From Sporopachydermia quercuum (Eukaryota), in the NCBI GenBank assembly GCA_001599295.1, contig BCGN01000008.1:62001-126000 (forward strand): a stretch of DNA of 64,000 nt. Reading direction: 5' to 3'. Position numbers and translations under genes: made by a program. Within the stretch, counting starts at the first letter, position 1, and each line of letters opens with the position of its first letter. The notes under the pieces are model-generated. The model was not told the DNA's origin, made no database searches, and worked only from the letters and a program-made list of their open reading frames with translations. Below are positions 11,480-23,164 of this stretch, piece after piece.

Positions 11480-12360
11480 TCAGTTTTGATTTTGGTTTTG
11501 ATTCTGATTATAGTTGTTTTGGTTATGATTATTATAGTTATGATTATGGTTGTTATTGTTATGACTAGGATTATGGCTGTAGTTTCTGTTTTGTCCATCA
11601 TATCTACCGCCTGACCTGTTTGAACCACTATTATTCTTATAACCTCCACGATTATACCTTTGCTGTCGTTGACGGTCTTCTTGTATTTGGGATAATTTCA
11701 CTTGCTCTAACACTTCATCAGGTATTTGAATGTATTTGATCTGAAATAGAACGATCTGTTAGCAACCTTCTTTGCGATGAAACTGTGCCGACAAAAAACA
11801 AAAAAGAAACAACCTTGTTTGAAAGGTGTCTCTCTCAGTATAACAATACGCTATGGATACCAAGTACCGTACTAATTTAGTGGTAAAAACATCAATACTT
11901 ACATAAGCACCTCTGACAAAACATTCTGGGTGTTTGAAGAACTTGTCACCAGTCTATTATCATTGTTAGTAAAGGATCCGACCAAACCAAACATTTATTA
12001 TTTTTTTGTGATAGCTGAATCAATACAAAGCTATTCATCCTTTTTGGTCCATTCATTCAGTCACCCACTTCCTTTATTTCACATCCAGTTAGTTACATAC
12101 CTCATTACTTTGTACGACTGATTTCAAGGTTAGGTTCATCCAATTATCGCAGTTATCTAGATATCCATTTAATGTCGCACCAGATTTCAGCTCTACCATT
12201 ATTGGCTGGCCCTTAACAGCCATAAGCATATATAATGGCAGCTATATTCATACTGTTAGTTTTTACCCTTTCCTTTTCACTCATATCCTGATAATCTGCT
12301 GGTACTTATACAGCAGATAATTAAACGGAAACTCTACTTCATCTATTTCTGACATACCAT
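11480..12360 (-). CDS. LSM4: Sm-like protein Lsm4, 4 exons: 12360-12358 (ATG only), 12241-12101, 11953-11903, 11740-11480
   Basis: Spliced product MLPLYMLMAVKGQPIMVELKSGATLNGYLDNCDNWMNLTLKSVVQSNE-TGDKFFKHPECFVRGAY-IKYIQIPDEVLEQV... with an RGG and N/Q-rich tail. Introns: GTATGT..AACTAAC..TAG, GTATGT..TACTAAC..TAG, GTAAGT..TGCTAAC..CAG, all phase 0. Confidence 0.93.
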
Positions 12361-13305
12361 CTTAAAATATCGTTATTGATATAATTGACAGAAAAATTCA
12401 ATTGATTTATGAATATTAGCATATATTATTAACTGACTTATCTTGATACAGGCTATTCATATAATTAGTACATATAAAGTAGTGATTGAACTTCCTTTAT
12501 TTCATTCTGAGGAAGGAAAATAGTACACCCATTAACCCTATTATAACATGAAGTCTCACGCTGATCGAATCATTCTTCTTGAAAATATGCAAGAACATGC
12601 AAGAACGATGCAAGAATCAGTTCACTTATTGGGACCGTATTCCTAGGACGTTTCAATTCGGACAATGAAGTCAGATATCAGATGAAATGGATTTAAGGCT
12701 ATCCATGTGTTAGCAATTGAAGAATCAACTGGTATCGTTACGTTTGTTTCAATCACTGTAATTAATTAATTGTCTTGTTGATTAATATTGGTGGGAGAGA
12801 TATCAAATCGGTGGCAGCGATCCAGGCGAAGTCAGAGAGACGGTATTGTTTGTTATAATTGAATTGAAGTAGGTACTAATGGAACAGATAGTGGAAAAAA
12901 AGTCATAGATGGAAAGAAGTAGAGTTTATTTGTATATGTGATATCTGGGGATTTAGTTTGAACTGAAGGAATAAGTTATCTTTCTTCTTTATCTATTGTT
13001 TCATTATCTCCTAACTAATCGAAATTCAGAGGACTTTCCATTTTACTTTATGAATCAAAATACACAATTACTGAAAACTGGTATCAACGGAAATTTTAAT
13101 GTTGATGTTTAATCGGTTAATTCAGAATAATAAACCTCGTGTTCTAACGACATCTAGAAAGGTTGCAAGATCGTTTTGCTGTTCTAGGGTATTGAGAAGA
13201 AATACTTTAGGTATAAGTCAACGTCGTACAGCTCTAAGATTATCTACAAAAATAATAGATTTTCAGCTATACAATAAATTTAGTGGTTATAACTTAACAT
13301 CAACA

Positions 13306-14169
13306 ATGGGCCTTGTAAGTTGAATACATTGGAATGTTATGAAGATGGCAATTGATTAGGGAAGTGATGAACGTGATAACTAATTCAAACTCTGTAGGTA
13401 ACTATCACTAATTCCATCGTTGATGGTTTAGAAAGACATGAAGTTTTTCCTGATGGTAAGTGACGAAATTTGTTTCTAGTTATATCAGATTGAGGAATGT
13501 TATTAACCATCGATTTATTGATAGTAATTGAGAAATTCTCACCTGCTGGGTAAGTCAAGATATCATGAGTTGAGTTTTATATTTTAGTGAGCACCAACAT
13601 ACTAACATTCTTGTTATTCACAATTAAGATTACTTACTATCTCTTATGGTCCTGATCTGGAAGTTGCCGTTGGTAACACCTTGAAGCCTAGTGAAACTCA
13701 AGAGAAACCAGGGATTCAGTTTACTGTCAATTCTAAAGGCAAATCATTATCTTCAAATGACACATTCACTTTAGTTATGACTGATCCTGATGCACCTAGC
13801 AGAACTGAGAAGAAATGGTCTGAATACTGTCATTACATTGTTTCAGGCTTAAAGCTTCCTTCTGTAGCTGCAGCTGTCGAGAAAGCTTCCGCTGATGATG
13901 ATGTTTTCGCCAGCGATAAGCTTGACCTTGGATCTGGTATTGAATTAATCCCATATATGGGTCCCGGTCCACCACCTTTTACAAAGAAGCATAGATATGT
14001 TTTCATTTTGTTTCGGGAGAACACACCTATTTCCAAGGGCGATGCTCCTACAGATAGACCTAATTGGGGAACAGGTATCCCGAAGTCAGGGGTTAAGGAA
14101 TGGGCTAGTAAGCATAACTTGACTCCTCTTGCTATCAACTTCTATTTCGCTCAAAATGACGAGAACTAA
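13306..14169 (+). CDS. TFS1: PEBP-family carboxypeptidase Y inhibitor Tfs1, 4 exons: 13306-13314, 13398-13455, 13525-13549, 13629-14169 (possible upstream in-frame start at 13099)
   Basis: Spliced N-terminus MGL-VTITNSIVDGLERHEVFPD-VIEKFSPAG-LLTISYGPDLEVAVGNTLKP. PEBP motifs FTLVMTDPDAPSR, WSEYCHY, YMGPGPP...HRYVFILF. Three GTAAGT introns keep the frame. Confidence 0.9.
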
Positions 14170-14843
14170 ATTATGAGAATTTACCAGGTTCTTGAAATTT
14201 TAATAGTTTAATTTTTCTTTTTTGGAAATGAATGCGTTTCTCCCTTTTTGATGAAATGTAGTATTATTTCAACCCATTTGAGCTTCAATTACTCTATTAT
14301 CTATTCAGTGTATGCAATTAAGTCTGTAGTGGTACATGAAGATGGACGTGAAGCTACACAAATCAACGGTAGACTAGCTATATCAAAGTTCTCTAACAGG
14401 CTACTACGTATTGAAATCGTATTTATTATTCATCGATCTTTAAGTTATAACAACCAAATTCGCATTCCCACTGTACTCAGTCATTCCCCTATTTGACTAT
14501 GTCATGCCTGTCTGCTTCCACATTACGGAATACACTCCTTAATAATTCCATACTTCTCTTTATTCTCTGTTTATTTTGCAGACTTCACAGTCTTCAATCA
14601 TCCCAACATACCATCCTACATTCTTATCACAAACATTCCAAAAAATTTAATCATCAAATTCCATTATCTCCATCTTGATTACATCTCAAAACCCTTAAAT
14701 TTCGCTCATCGAACTATAACGATTATCTTTATTACCACAAAGGGCAATATTCCAGAATAGACGGCAATTAATGATCACGTACACAAAAATGGTAAGGTGG
14801 AAATAAATTCACATGTAAACAATTGGTAGTGTGGTTTATACAA

Positions 14844-15052
14844 ACGCGCTTTGACTTGAAAGTCGCGAGGGAAAAAAGGATTACCTGCGATTGTTGAGGA
14901 GAAAAAAAGAGGAAGCAAGGGAATTATGAAACATAGAAAAGCTGCGGTTTACCTTACGAACAAGTAAGAATATTAGCATAAATTCGGATTGATTGGTTAA
15001 ACGAGTTGGTGCTAGAACATAGGAAGTTAATATATACAAACCGGAAACGCGT
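14844..15052. promoter_or_regulatory. CGCG / MCB-like elements upstream of CKS1
   Basis: ACGCG at 14844, TCGCGA at 14863 and ACGCGT at 15047 in an AT-rich background. Confidence 0.35.
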
Positions 15053-15167
15053 TGTGAGTTTGAAGTCTTGAACAACAAACAAAGCAGAAGTGGCGGAGGA
15101 ATTGATAGAGTAATTAGAAGATTGATTGAGCCGAACTTCTTCAGCAGCAAATATCAAATAAAGCATA

Positions 15168-15574
15168 ATGAGTGACAAAAGAAAACCCAGGTATTTGACC
15201 GAGTCCGAAAGGGCTACGATTCAAGGATTTCAAGATTTGATTCATTACTCTCAGAGGTAAGTTATAGACTAGAGAAAAAAGAATAAACAGAAAGTTATCA
15301 GATGGTAACAAAAGAAGAAGTAAAGTGGAATATACTAACAGTTAATAGGTATTCTGATGACGAGTATGAATATCGACATGTTATGCTGCCGAAGCAAATG
15401 CTGAAAGCTATTCCCAAAGATTATTTTAACCCAGAGACTGGAACGCTGAGAATACTTATGGAAGAAGAATGGAGAGGTCTAGGAATCACGCAAAGCCTTG
15501 GATGGTATCATTATGAAACTCATGCCCCAGAACCACATATATTACTCTTTAAAAGACCAAAGGGAAATGCATAA
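15168..15574 (+). CDS. CKS1: CDK regulatory subunit Cks1, 2 exons: 15168-15256, 15349-15574
   Basis: Spliced [49 protein letters not shown]...[31 protein letters not shown]. Intron GTAAGT..TACTAAC..TAG, 92 nt. Confidence 0.96.
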
Positions 15575-16734
15575 TTATGATTGTTACTAGTCAAATCAAA
15601 TCTTACCACCAAAATCTAGATGCTGCACTGTAAATCACCACGACTCACTGGATGGTTGTAAAGGTTCTTTATTTTGACAGATTCAAACTGACAGATATTT
15701 ACAGTCTGTAATCGGATGAAAGTTGTCAACATCATAATGTGGCAACTAATGTTTGTTTTTGATTTAAATTTCCCTCAAATATGATCATCATCTCAGTTTG
15801 ATGTCAGGCTTGAAACCAGTTTCATTGCCATGATCTTCTCACTTCCTGTCCAACCTTACTAGAGCAAAACTACTATGAAAACCAATTTCAACAATTCTCC
15901 AAATAAAACCAATTGGTTTGTACAGTTTTTAATATATCATTTATTGCCTCTAAACTACTCAATTTTATATAATGACTCATTATTGGCGGTACCCTGGCAG
16001 TACTTTGCTACCTCGCCTCACTTCCACTTCATCATTCGCTCGTACTATCACTAAACACCCAACATATAATATACCAATTGGCCTTATAAAACCCACATCA
16101 AGTGTACAGCACACACACAACCACCATTATCTTCCAGTACCATTTACTTAGTCCTTATTACTATTCTTTACAATCCAAAATATTCCATCATTTGCTTTCC
16201 CAACATGCATTTTTATCAAAAACCCCGTGACTTGCGGCTAATAATTTAACTTTGTCCGCTCCCTGTATAAAAAGCACTTGGCAAGAACTCTGAATTGCAT
16301 GTCATATAATGTTGCCATGCCAAGGATCATCTCTTGCACAATCATGCAGTAAATTTGGCTCAACACAATAATACCCTATTGGAAGACAAATCTTGTTAAC
16401 TTTGTAGATTATAACCCTGGCTAATGACCTCGTTTTCATTAGATTATATTATCAGGTTATATAAGCTAACATGGACCAATAATGAATAATAATGCTGGCT
16501 AGCTTTTTTTTTTGAGAAGCGATCTATTGGTATTTAATTTAGAAGTTCAGTTTGGAATCCAGACTGGTACTAAGTGGTCGACATTACGTTGTTTGGCTAA
16601 TTACTATTTTGATCTGTTGTTAGGTCGGCTTGTTCTCTCCGGTATTAATTGAGCTTTTAGATAGATTCATAGATACGCTATCACTCGGATAGAATTTAGC
16701 AATTTACTGGTGAGAAGAAAAACAAAATTATAAG

Positions 16735-17283
16735 ATGTCCAAGAAAGCTCCTTCAGAACCACCTGCACCACCTGTACCAGATGGATGGATAGCTAAATTT
16801 GATCCCAGATACAACACATTCTACTATGTTAATTTGGAAACAGGGAAATCACAATGGGAGGCACCTCCAGGAGCTGCTGGTCCTCCACCTTCCTATACCG
16901 ATGTTTCAGAAACACNTGAACAACCAGTTGGTAAAAGCGTAGTATCACAACCAGTTGCGCCTACACGGCAATATTCCCAACCACAGATGCAACATTATCC
17001 TTCTCAAGCTCAGTATCAACAACCCTATCCTCAGCAATATCCTCAGGCATATCCACAACAATATCCCCCTCAACCATACCCGCAACAACAGCCAATATAT
17101 GTCCAACAACAACCTCAACGTGGGGGTGGAATGGGTACTGGTACTGCTATGGCACTTGGTGCTGGTGGTGGTATGCTTGGTGGTTTGATGCTCGGTAATA
17201 TGATGATGATGGATCAACATGCTGATTATGGTGGAGGTGACGGCGGAGATTTTGGTGGTGGAGACTTCGGTGGAGACTTTTAG
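16735..17283 (+). CDS. WWM1: WW-domain protein Wwm1
   Basis: WW domain (VPDGWIAKFD...FYYVNLETGKSQWEAP), Q/P/Y-rich middle, ALGAGGGMLGG, and DFGGGDFGGDF tail. Confidence 0.88.
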   Translation: MSKKAPSEPPAPPVPDGWIAKFDPRYNTFYYVNLETGKSQWEAPPGAAGPPPSYTDVSETXEQPVGKSVVSQPVAPTRQYSQPQMQHYPSQAQYQQPYPQQYPQAYPQQYPPQPYPQQQPIYVQQQPQRGGGMGTGTAMALGAGGGMLGGLMLGNMMMMDQHADYGGGDGGDFGGGDFGGDF

Positions 17284-17523
17284 TTTTCATGTAAATCGGA
17301 CAGGTTTGTTTGATAACAGCTCGAATTTTTGGTTTTACATTCACTAGTTTTCACTAGTTTCTAGATTTATAGAATACATTGAATGAATATATTATTAACA
17401 TGTATATTTTTCCTGTATAACCTTCCGCCTGAGTTGAATAAATAAATAGTATATAAATAGATAGTCTGAATAGCATCTTTCACTAAAAAACCAGCAGTTT
17501 TGAAGCACTTCATGCTTTTAGTT

Positions 17524-17772
17524 CTATTTTGATGGTCCTCTCAAAAGGAAACCAGTTCCGAAAGGACAAGCATCAGCAACATCTTTGGCTTGACCTGGAG
17601 CATGCAGTGTAGTGACTGAAGAAGTTGATGATATTGAAGATGATGAAGATGTCGATGTCATCTTAACTGATGTCAAACTAGTAGTTGACGTGGAATTGGA
17701 TCTACTGGTAGGTCCCAAGGTAGGAGAAACATTGCTATTTGAGCTGATACTAGTTTCTTTAGTTAGAGGCAT
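17524..17772 (-). CDS. Small Ser/Thr-rich hypothetical protein (82 aa)
   Basis: ATG at 17772 with A at -3 (ACAAGATG). MPLTKETSISS...ACPFGTGFLLRGPSK. TATA-like element about 120 nt upstream. No recognised family. Confidence 0.45.
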   Translation of the reverse strand: MPLTKETSISSNSNVSPTLGPTSRSNSTSTTSLTSVKMTSTSSSSSISSTSSVTTLHAPGQAKDVADACPFGTGFLLRGPSK

Positions 17773-20700
17773 CTTGTATGATTCTTTGTATGAGTTTCTT
17801 TTCACTGGTGGTAGCTTAAGATCTTGAATATCTTAGATTGAATCTTCAATACGTTTTTTTCCCTTCGTTGATGACTTCTTAACACTCATCTATATAGCAA
17901 ATACCTTCAACACTGGTATGTTTCGAGCGGTATGTGTTCTATCTCTGTGCTTTGTATAAATCTTAAAGAAAGAAAGAAAGGAGAGAAATAACAAACATAA
18001 TCAAAAACGAGAAATGAGCAGCTCCTTTCAACAATAACGGCAATTTTCTATAAACATCAACAAACCTACTGCGCAACATAACATTATTTATATAAATTAT
18101 ATATCATCAGGGAGTTTAACAAAGTTTTATTTTTATTTTACTACTACTTCCTCTTTGGAGTATACGGATAATACCAAACATGGCTTTTTAAGGTCCAGCA
18201 GGTGAATCCTGGTGTTTGAGTTTCCTATTATATTTTGATTGTTTGCATTATGGTTCAGTTTCTGACTAGTGAAAACCCAACCAATTATGCAATATAATAT
18301 TGATTTTTAGTTCTGCAGTTACTATAAAATTGTTATGGAGTGGAGCTTATTATATTGAAATGAATCATACATGGATGAATCTATATCCGTCTATTCCAGT
18401 AATAAAACAGGCACTCAGAGTCGAGTGTTGATTTTTCGGTTTTGAAGGTCAGAGAGAAACTGTCGTGATGCATTTTGAACTCCCTGACATAGTTTTAGGT
18501 GCTGATTTGCTTTATTATTCCTATTCAGCTTATCTGATCGTTTCTACAGCCGATTGAGGTGCATTCTAGTACTATCAAAACAATCCCACGTTCCATTATA
18601 CTACTAGACCTCGTGCCATCGGCAAATTCCGTACATTACAGGACTCGGATTAATTACAGCTTTATATACGTAATTTCAAGGTAAAATACAAAATCAAATA
18701 GCCTATTTGACATATGAGTATATCGAAGTCGAGATATTATTTTGATTCTTTATTTGTATTTGATTATAACGTTTGTATCAATAAAATGAATATAAGCTCT
18801 AAGATTTTATACTCAGGAAACAATGAAAAGGTGGAAAACTAATGAGAAGTAGGTCAATTATCAAAAATTTAGAGAAATGTATGGAGGTGTTATATTGTTC
18901 AAACTGGCAAAGCATATGACTATTATTCTCCAATTGCCATACTAATATAAGTAAAACGAAACAACAAGAAAGTAGCACACTTTTTATTGAATATGAAACG
19001 TCTGACTTGAGATTTTCTAGAAAACAGTTTAGAATAAACAGACCGAAGTGGTCACATCGTAGCTGAAGGAGAATTACTACTTAGTAACTAATTGAGGAGA
19101 TGATCAATTAATCGATTATATTCACTGCCTAAGCTCCTCTTTCATGCAAGACTATTGTGCCTAATTTGAATTACAGTCATGAAGTATTACGCAGGTAAAA
19201 CTATGGTTTTGAATCCTTTACTCTCTCTCTGGGTTCTCAATTTCTGAATCGGAGTAGAAAGCCCGTTGTTTGTAATTTAACTAGTGCTTTACCTAGAGAA
19301 ACCTATTTCTCTCTCTAATTAAAATTTCTAATGTTTGCGTGGAAAAACTTAACTGTCAAACCTTAAATGTAGAAACCTATAAACTTTAAGTTTAAAGATG
19401 GCTATTATTTCCCAATAAGTAGTTATTGTTCAAGATGAAAAAGAGCATTAATGTCATAAATCAAGGTTATTAAGTTGATCATTTAGCTAAGTACTTCCTA
19501 TTAACAATATCGAACAATATATAATATACAAACAATGACCCAATGACGGATTGCAATAGGGGTTGATGATCTCAAATTTGCATCATCTCATGAGCACAAA
19601 TACGTCAGAATCAATATCAGCTTTTGGGAGGGGTATTTACGCAACTAAGGTTTTAATTTTAATGCATGTCTCTTGCAGTAAGGTTATCGAAGGAAATAAA
19701 TGAATCACTCTTTAAACGAATAAAAATTAAATGAATAGTTTCTAATACAGTTTCTCATACATGATAAACGTGACTGGTACTTTTGCTGAGATGATACACT
19801 GGGTTGTTCTGCTGTAGAGGAACTGTTGATTGCATGGGCTGTACATATGATAGGTGCGAGCTAGAACATAAGCCATATTCCCTGTGGTAATGGATAGTTG
19901 TAGGTGATATCTCTTTCCTGCTTTAACTTTAAGTTTCTTTATCACAAGAAATGCAGTTTGTAGAGAAAGTGCGGAAACTAAATCTTAACGAATGGGATCT
20001 CTTATTCGATTACCCGTTACGTTACTTTCGATCGGGATAACCAGCTTTTTTATGTTCTCTGGTATTTCCAAAGTAATAAAACTACCCCACTTGTATCAGC
20101 TAAGGAAGTATCTCATATTCTGACTCCAAGTAGAGTGTAGAACAATATTATATTCAAGCACTATTTCACTTTTTGGTTAATCTATGATTTAACTAAGCTT
20201 ACGTAAAATAATAACGGAATATCGATTTGCAAATTGTCGAATAAACAACCACCTGGAGCTGGGTATAAATAATAGATGATCACATAAACATTAATATAAC
20301 TCCCCTTCCTCTAAGCAACATTGGACAGTGAGATTGTCCAAACTTTTGGTAAACCTCATTCCCTTCAGAAATCAAAAACAAGCATAAAAAGGAGACAATC
20401 TTCTAACAGATTTCGATAATACAAAAACAATATCCGTCAATCTCAGAATCATCCCTGCAGTAACATCTACCTACATGGCACAAGCACAATTCCTCTCAAT
20501 CGAATAGTCTCCAGAAGACCCCAAGCCATCACTTTGCCCTATTTTTGCGATGGGTTTCGAAACCTTAAGCTCAAGCCTGTTTCATATTTTCAAAGTCTAC
20601 ACAGAAAGTTGTTTCAGGAAGGGAAACTTTAATCAGGAAATATCAATTTCACTATCTCTTCTGTGTCAGAATTTCGATAGTGTGAGTAAGATTGTGTTGT

Positions 20701-20934
20701 ATGAATCAGTTTCACTCATTTGTTCTGATACTCATTATATTGTTAGGTGTTTCTATGATTATGGTGGACTGAAAAAGATGCAAGAATAGCAGCTGAATTG
20801 GAGGTTGAAAAGTATAATAGAATTGTCACACTTGTTATGGTTGAGACGTCTATAGAGTTCAGTTGGTGCTAGAAAAGTATAATTAGCAAGCAGTAAACTG
20901 TAGCTCGTGACAGAATTTAGAGCATGAGTTCAAT

Positions 20935-22542
20935 ATGAATAGATACAATAGGATACCTACCGATGCGTGCTGTTGTTTTTGCGATGAGAGCTTAGAACAA
21001 TTGTTTGATGACGGGGAACGTATTATTGAATTACAATGTAGAGATTTCTGTCATGAGAACTGTTTGAGAGAACTTTTCGATATCGATAAGTTATATTCGG
21101 AACCAGATGAAGTATCACAGTATGACGAAGTTGACGCAAGATTAGCAATTCTACCATTATGTGGGAGATGCTTTATAACAGCTATTCCAATAGCTGACAC
21201 TATACTAGAAGATATATTCAATGATTTGCTCGTTAAACACTCTTCATTATCAACACCTTTAACAAACCCATCAAAGACCTCATTGGATTCAAACCCGTAT
21301 AATGATATCTGTTCTACTATTGCAACCAAACCTACAACTCAATCGCCAGTAGATCAATATAGCAACTTAAATAACGCTGATTTTCTCCTTAACGATGCCA
21401 ACATCCTAGAAGTGTTATCTTCTTTTAATTTAGATGTTTCTTCCTTTGGTAAGTTGCTTCTGGAAGATAATCTATCAGTAACACCAGTTGATCAGCCTGG
21501 CTCAGCCGCTGTTTCTAATACACTACTATTCACACACGCTCTCCTTTTCTTCTCTTTAGATGGAAAAGATATGAATGGTATTTTCTATCTCAACAAAGGA
21601 AATCTAAGTGTATGTTTTGCTGACAATTCTACCCCTTTCATTGGAATATCTTTCACTAATTTTTCGGCCTATCAACATACAATAGATTTACAGTTGCGTT
21701 GTCCAGATCTTGAGAGATTATTTCTTTGGTTTGAGTATTTGAAAAAGGTATCAACGCAGTATGAGTCCAATGAAAAATCGCCAATTGAATCCCAACTACC
21801 ACTTAGCATCCAAAGCAACAAAAATTCAATAAGAAACAATAACTCAAGATCCGTACGAAGATCCAGGTTCTATTCAATATTGTCAGAGAGTTTAACCAAT
21901 AATATATACGATACCAGCTACAAAACCAATGACAAGATTCAAAAAAATAATACTAGACTTGCCAAAAGAGACACAATCATAAATATTTTCAAGAGAAAAT
22001 CATCTAGGAGTATTATCAAACACAATATCTATGAAAAACCACCATCTAACATCATCCTTATCAACCATCAAAATTGTATGCCTAGAACAACAATCACTAT
22101 AATTCAAAATATCATCAGACTTTTACATATCAAACCAGAAACCAGTAACGCACATGTATTTTTTTCCTATGAAAACGAAATCAGAGGCTTTGTTGATTTA
22201 TCTAATTCAAATTGGATAGAATTTCTGCCATTTATTGGAACAAGACAATGGTTCACAACTACTATTGATGTTTCAGTCTCTTCATATTTATATATATCAC
22301 CTTTCGAATTTATTCAGAAAATGTGCAAAATAAACAAAAAGCTATCGCCAATTGTTGTTTCAGATCATTCTCTATTACAACAGGTTTATCCAAATGATAG
22401 TAAATTTCAGACAATAAAAGTTGGCTACTATCAAAATGAGAAAGAGGTTACCGATCCTAGAATGTATGAGGTTAATTATTGGGATGAAGTTGTAGAAGCA
22501 TTGGCGCTTCAATTACATCTATCATTTGATGAGTTCCTATAA
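20935..22542 (+). CDS. STE5: Pheromone MAPK scaffold Ste5 (RING-H2, PH, vWA-like)
   Basis: CCFCDESL...GERIIELQCRDFCHENC...CGRC RING-H2 of Ste5/Far1 type, FGKLLLED PH start, and C-terminal KVGY...EVNYWDEVVEAL...LSFDE. Convergent with SPO71, as STE5/SPO71 (YDR103W/YDR104C) are in S. cerevisiae. Confidence 0.78.
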   Translation: MNRYNRIPTDACCCFCDESLEQLFDDGERIIELQCRDFCHENCLRELFDIDKLYSEPDEVSQYDEVDARLAILPLCGRCFITAIPIADTILEDIFNDLLVKHSSLSTPLTNPSKTSLDSNPYNDICSTIATKPTTQSPVDQYSNLNNADFLLNDANILEVLSSFNLDVSSFGKLLLEDNLSVTPVDQPGSAAVSNTLLFTHALLFFSLDGKDMNGIFYLNKGNLSVCFADNSTPFIGISFTNFSAYQHTIDLQLRCPDLERLFLWFEYLKKVSTQYESNEKSPIESQLPLSIQSNKNSIRNNNSRSVRRSRFYSILSESLTNNIYDTSYKTNDKIQKNNTRLAKRDTIINIFKRKSSRSIIKHNIYEKPPSNIILINHQNCMPRTTITIIQNIIRLLHIKPETSNAHVFFSYENEIRGFVDLSNSNWIEFLPFIGTRQWFTTTIDVSVSSYLYISPFEFIQKMCKINKKLSPIVVSDHSLLQQVYPNDSKFQTIKVGYYQNEKEVTDPRMYEVNYWDEVVEALALQLHLSFDEFL

Positions 22543-23164
22543 AGATAAGCGAGAGAGAACGAGATGCCAAATGTGCAATACTCATAATCTCTATAAACTG
22601 AATGTGAAAGTAAACTGAAAAATATGAATTGAAATAAGGGTAAAACCGTAATGGCAATTGATTAGAGAGAAATTCAAGGACAAAAGAAATCAAGGATATC
22701 CTGTTGATTCAATGCTGCAGAAACAGCACCACAGGTACTGTTGATTTTGATGTTAAGATGTACATATAATAATAGTAATGTGAATAAATGACCTAAAAAT
22801 AGAGGAATTTAATATCAGATTGAAGATTATAATAATTGTATGAAGTATCAGAGGACAAATATATCACTTAGTTAACTCTTGTCGTTACTCTAAATACTGA
22901 CACGATGGTCATGTAGAAACGAAAACTATCTACAAAATATCGACATATATCAAGAACCTAAGAATTGTTTATGAGTGGTTACCTACCAAAAGAATAACCT
23001 CAGATAGAAAATAGTCTGTNTATTGATAGTTTAGAAATAATCTGAGGCTTAATAAGCAAGAACTACCTTCATTTCTATTATATATGCAAAATATTATTGT
23101 ACCTGAATGCTTCTGCTTCCAAACAATGATCCTGATAATTAGTTTCTATTGCGCTCCTCTTCTT

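Noticed and set aside
11257..11649. 130-aa Ile/Thr-rich ORF
   Set aside because: Alternative frame of the Asn-rich LSM4 tail and 3' UTR.
12293..12320. 8-bp hairpin in LSM4 intron 1 (and a similar one near 50212-50234)
   Set aside because: Short enough to arise by chance; no snoRNA boxes.
432..12838. Two copies of GCGATCC-N7/8-GTCAGAGA (432 and 12817)
   Set aside because: A gapped 15-nt match between two sites is plausible by chance in 64 kb, and there are no further good copies.
15302..15348. Track start MVTKEEVKW for Cks1
   Set aside because: This ATG lies inside the intron. The spliced model from 15168 restores the conserved IHYS-R motif.
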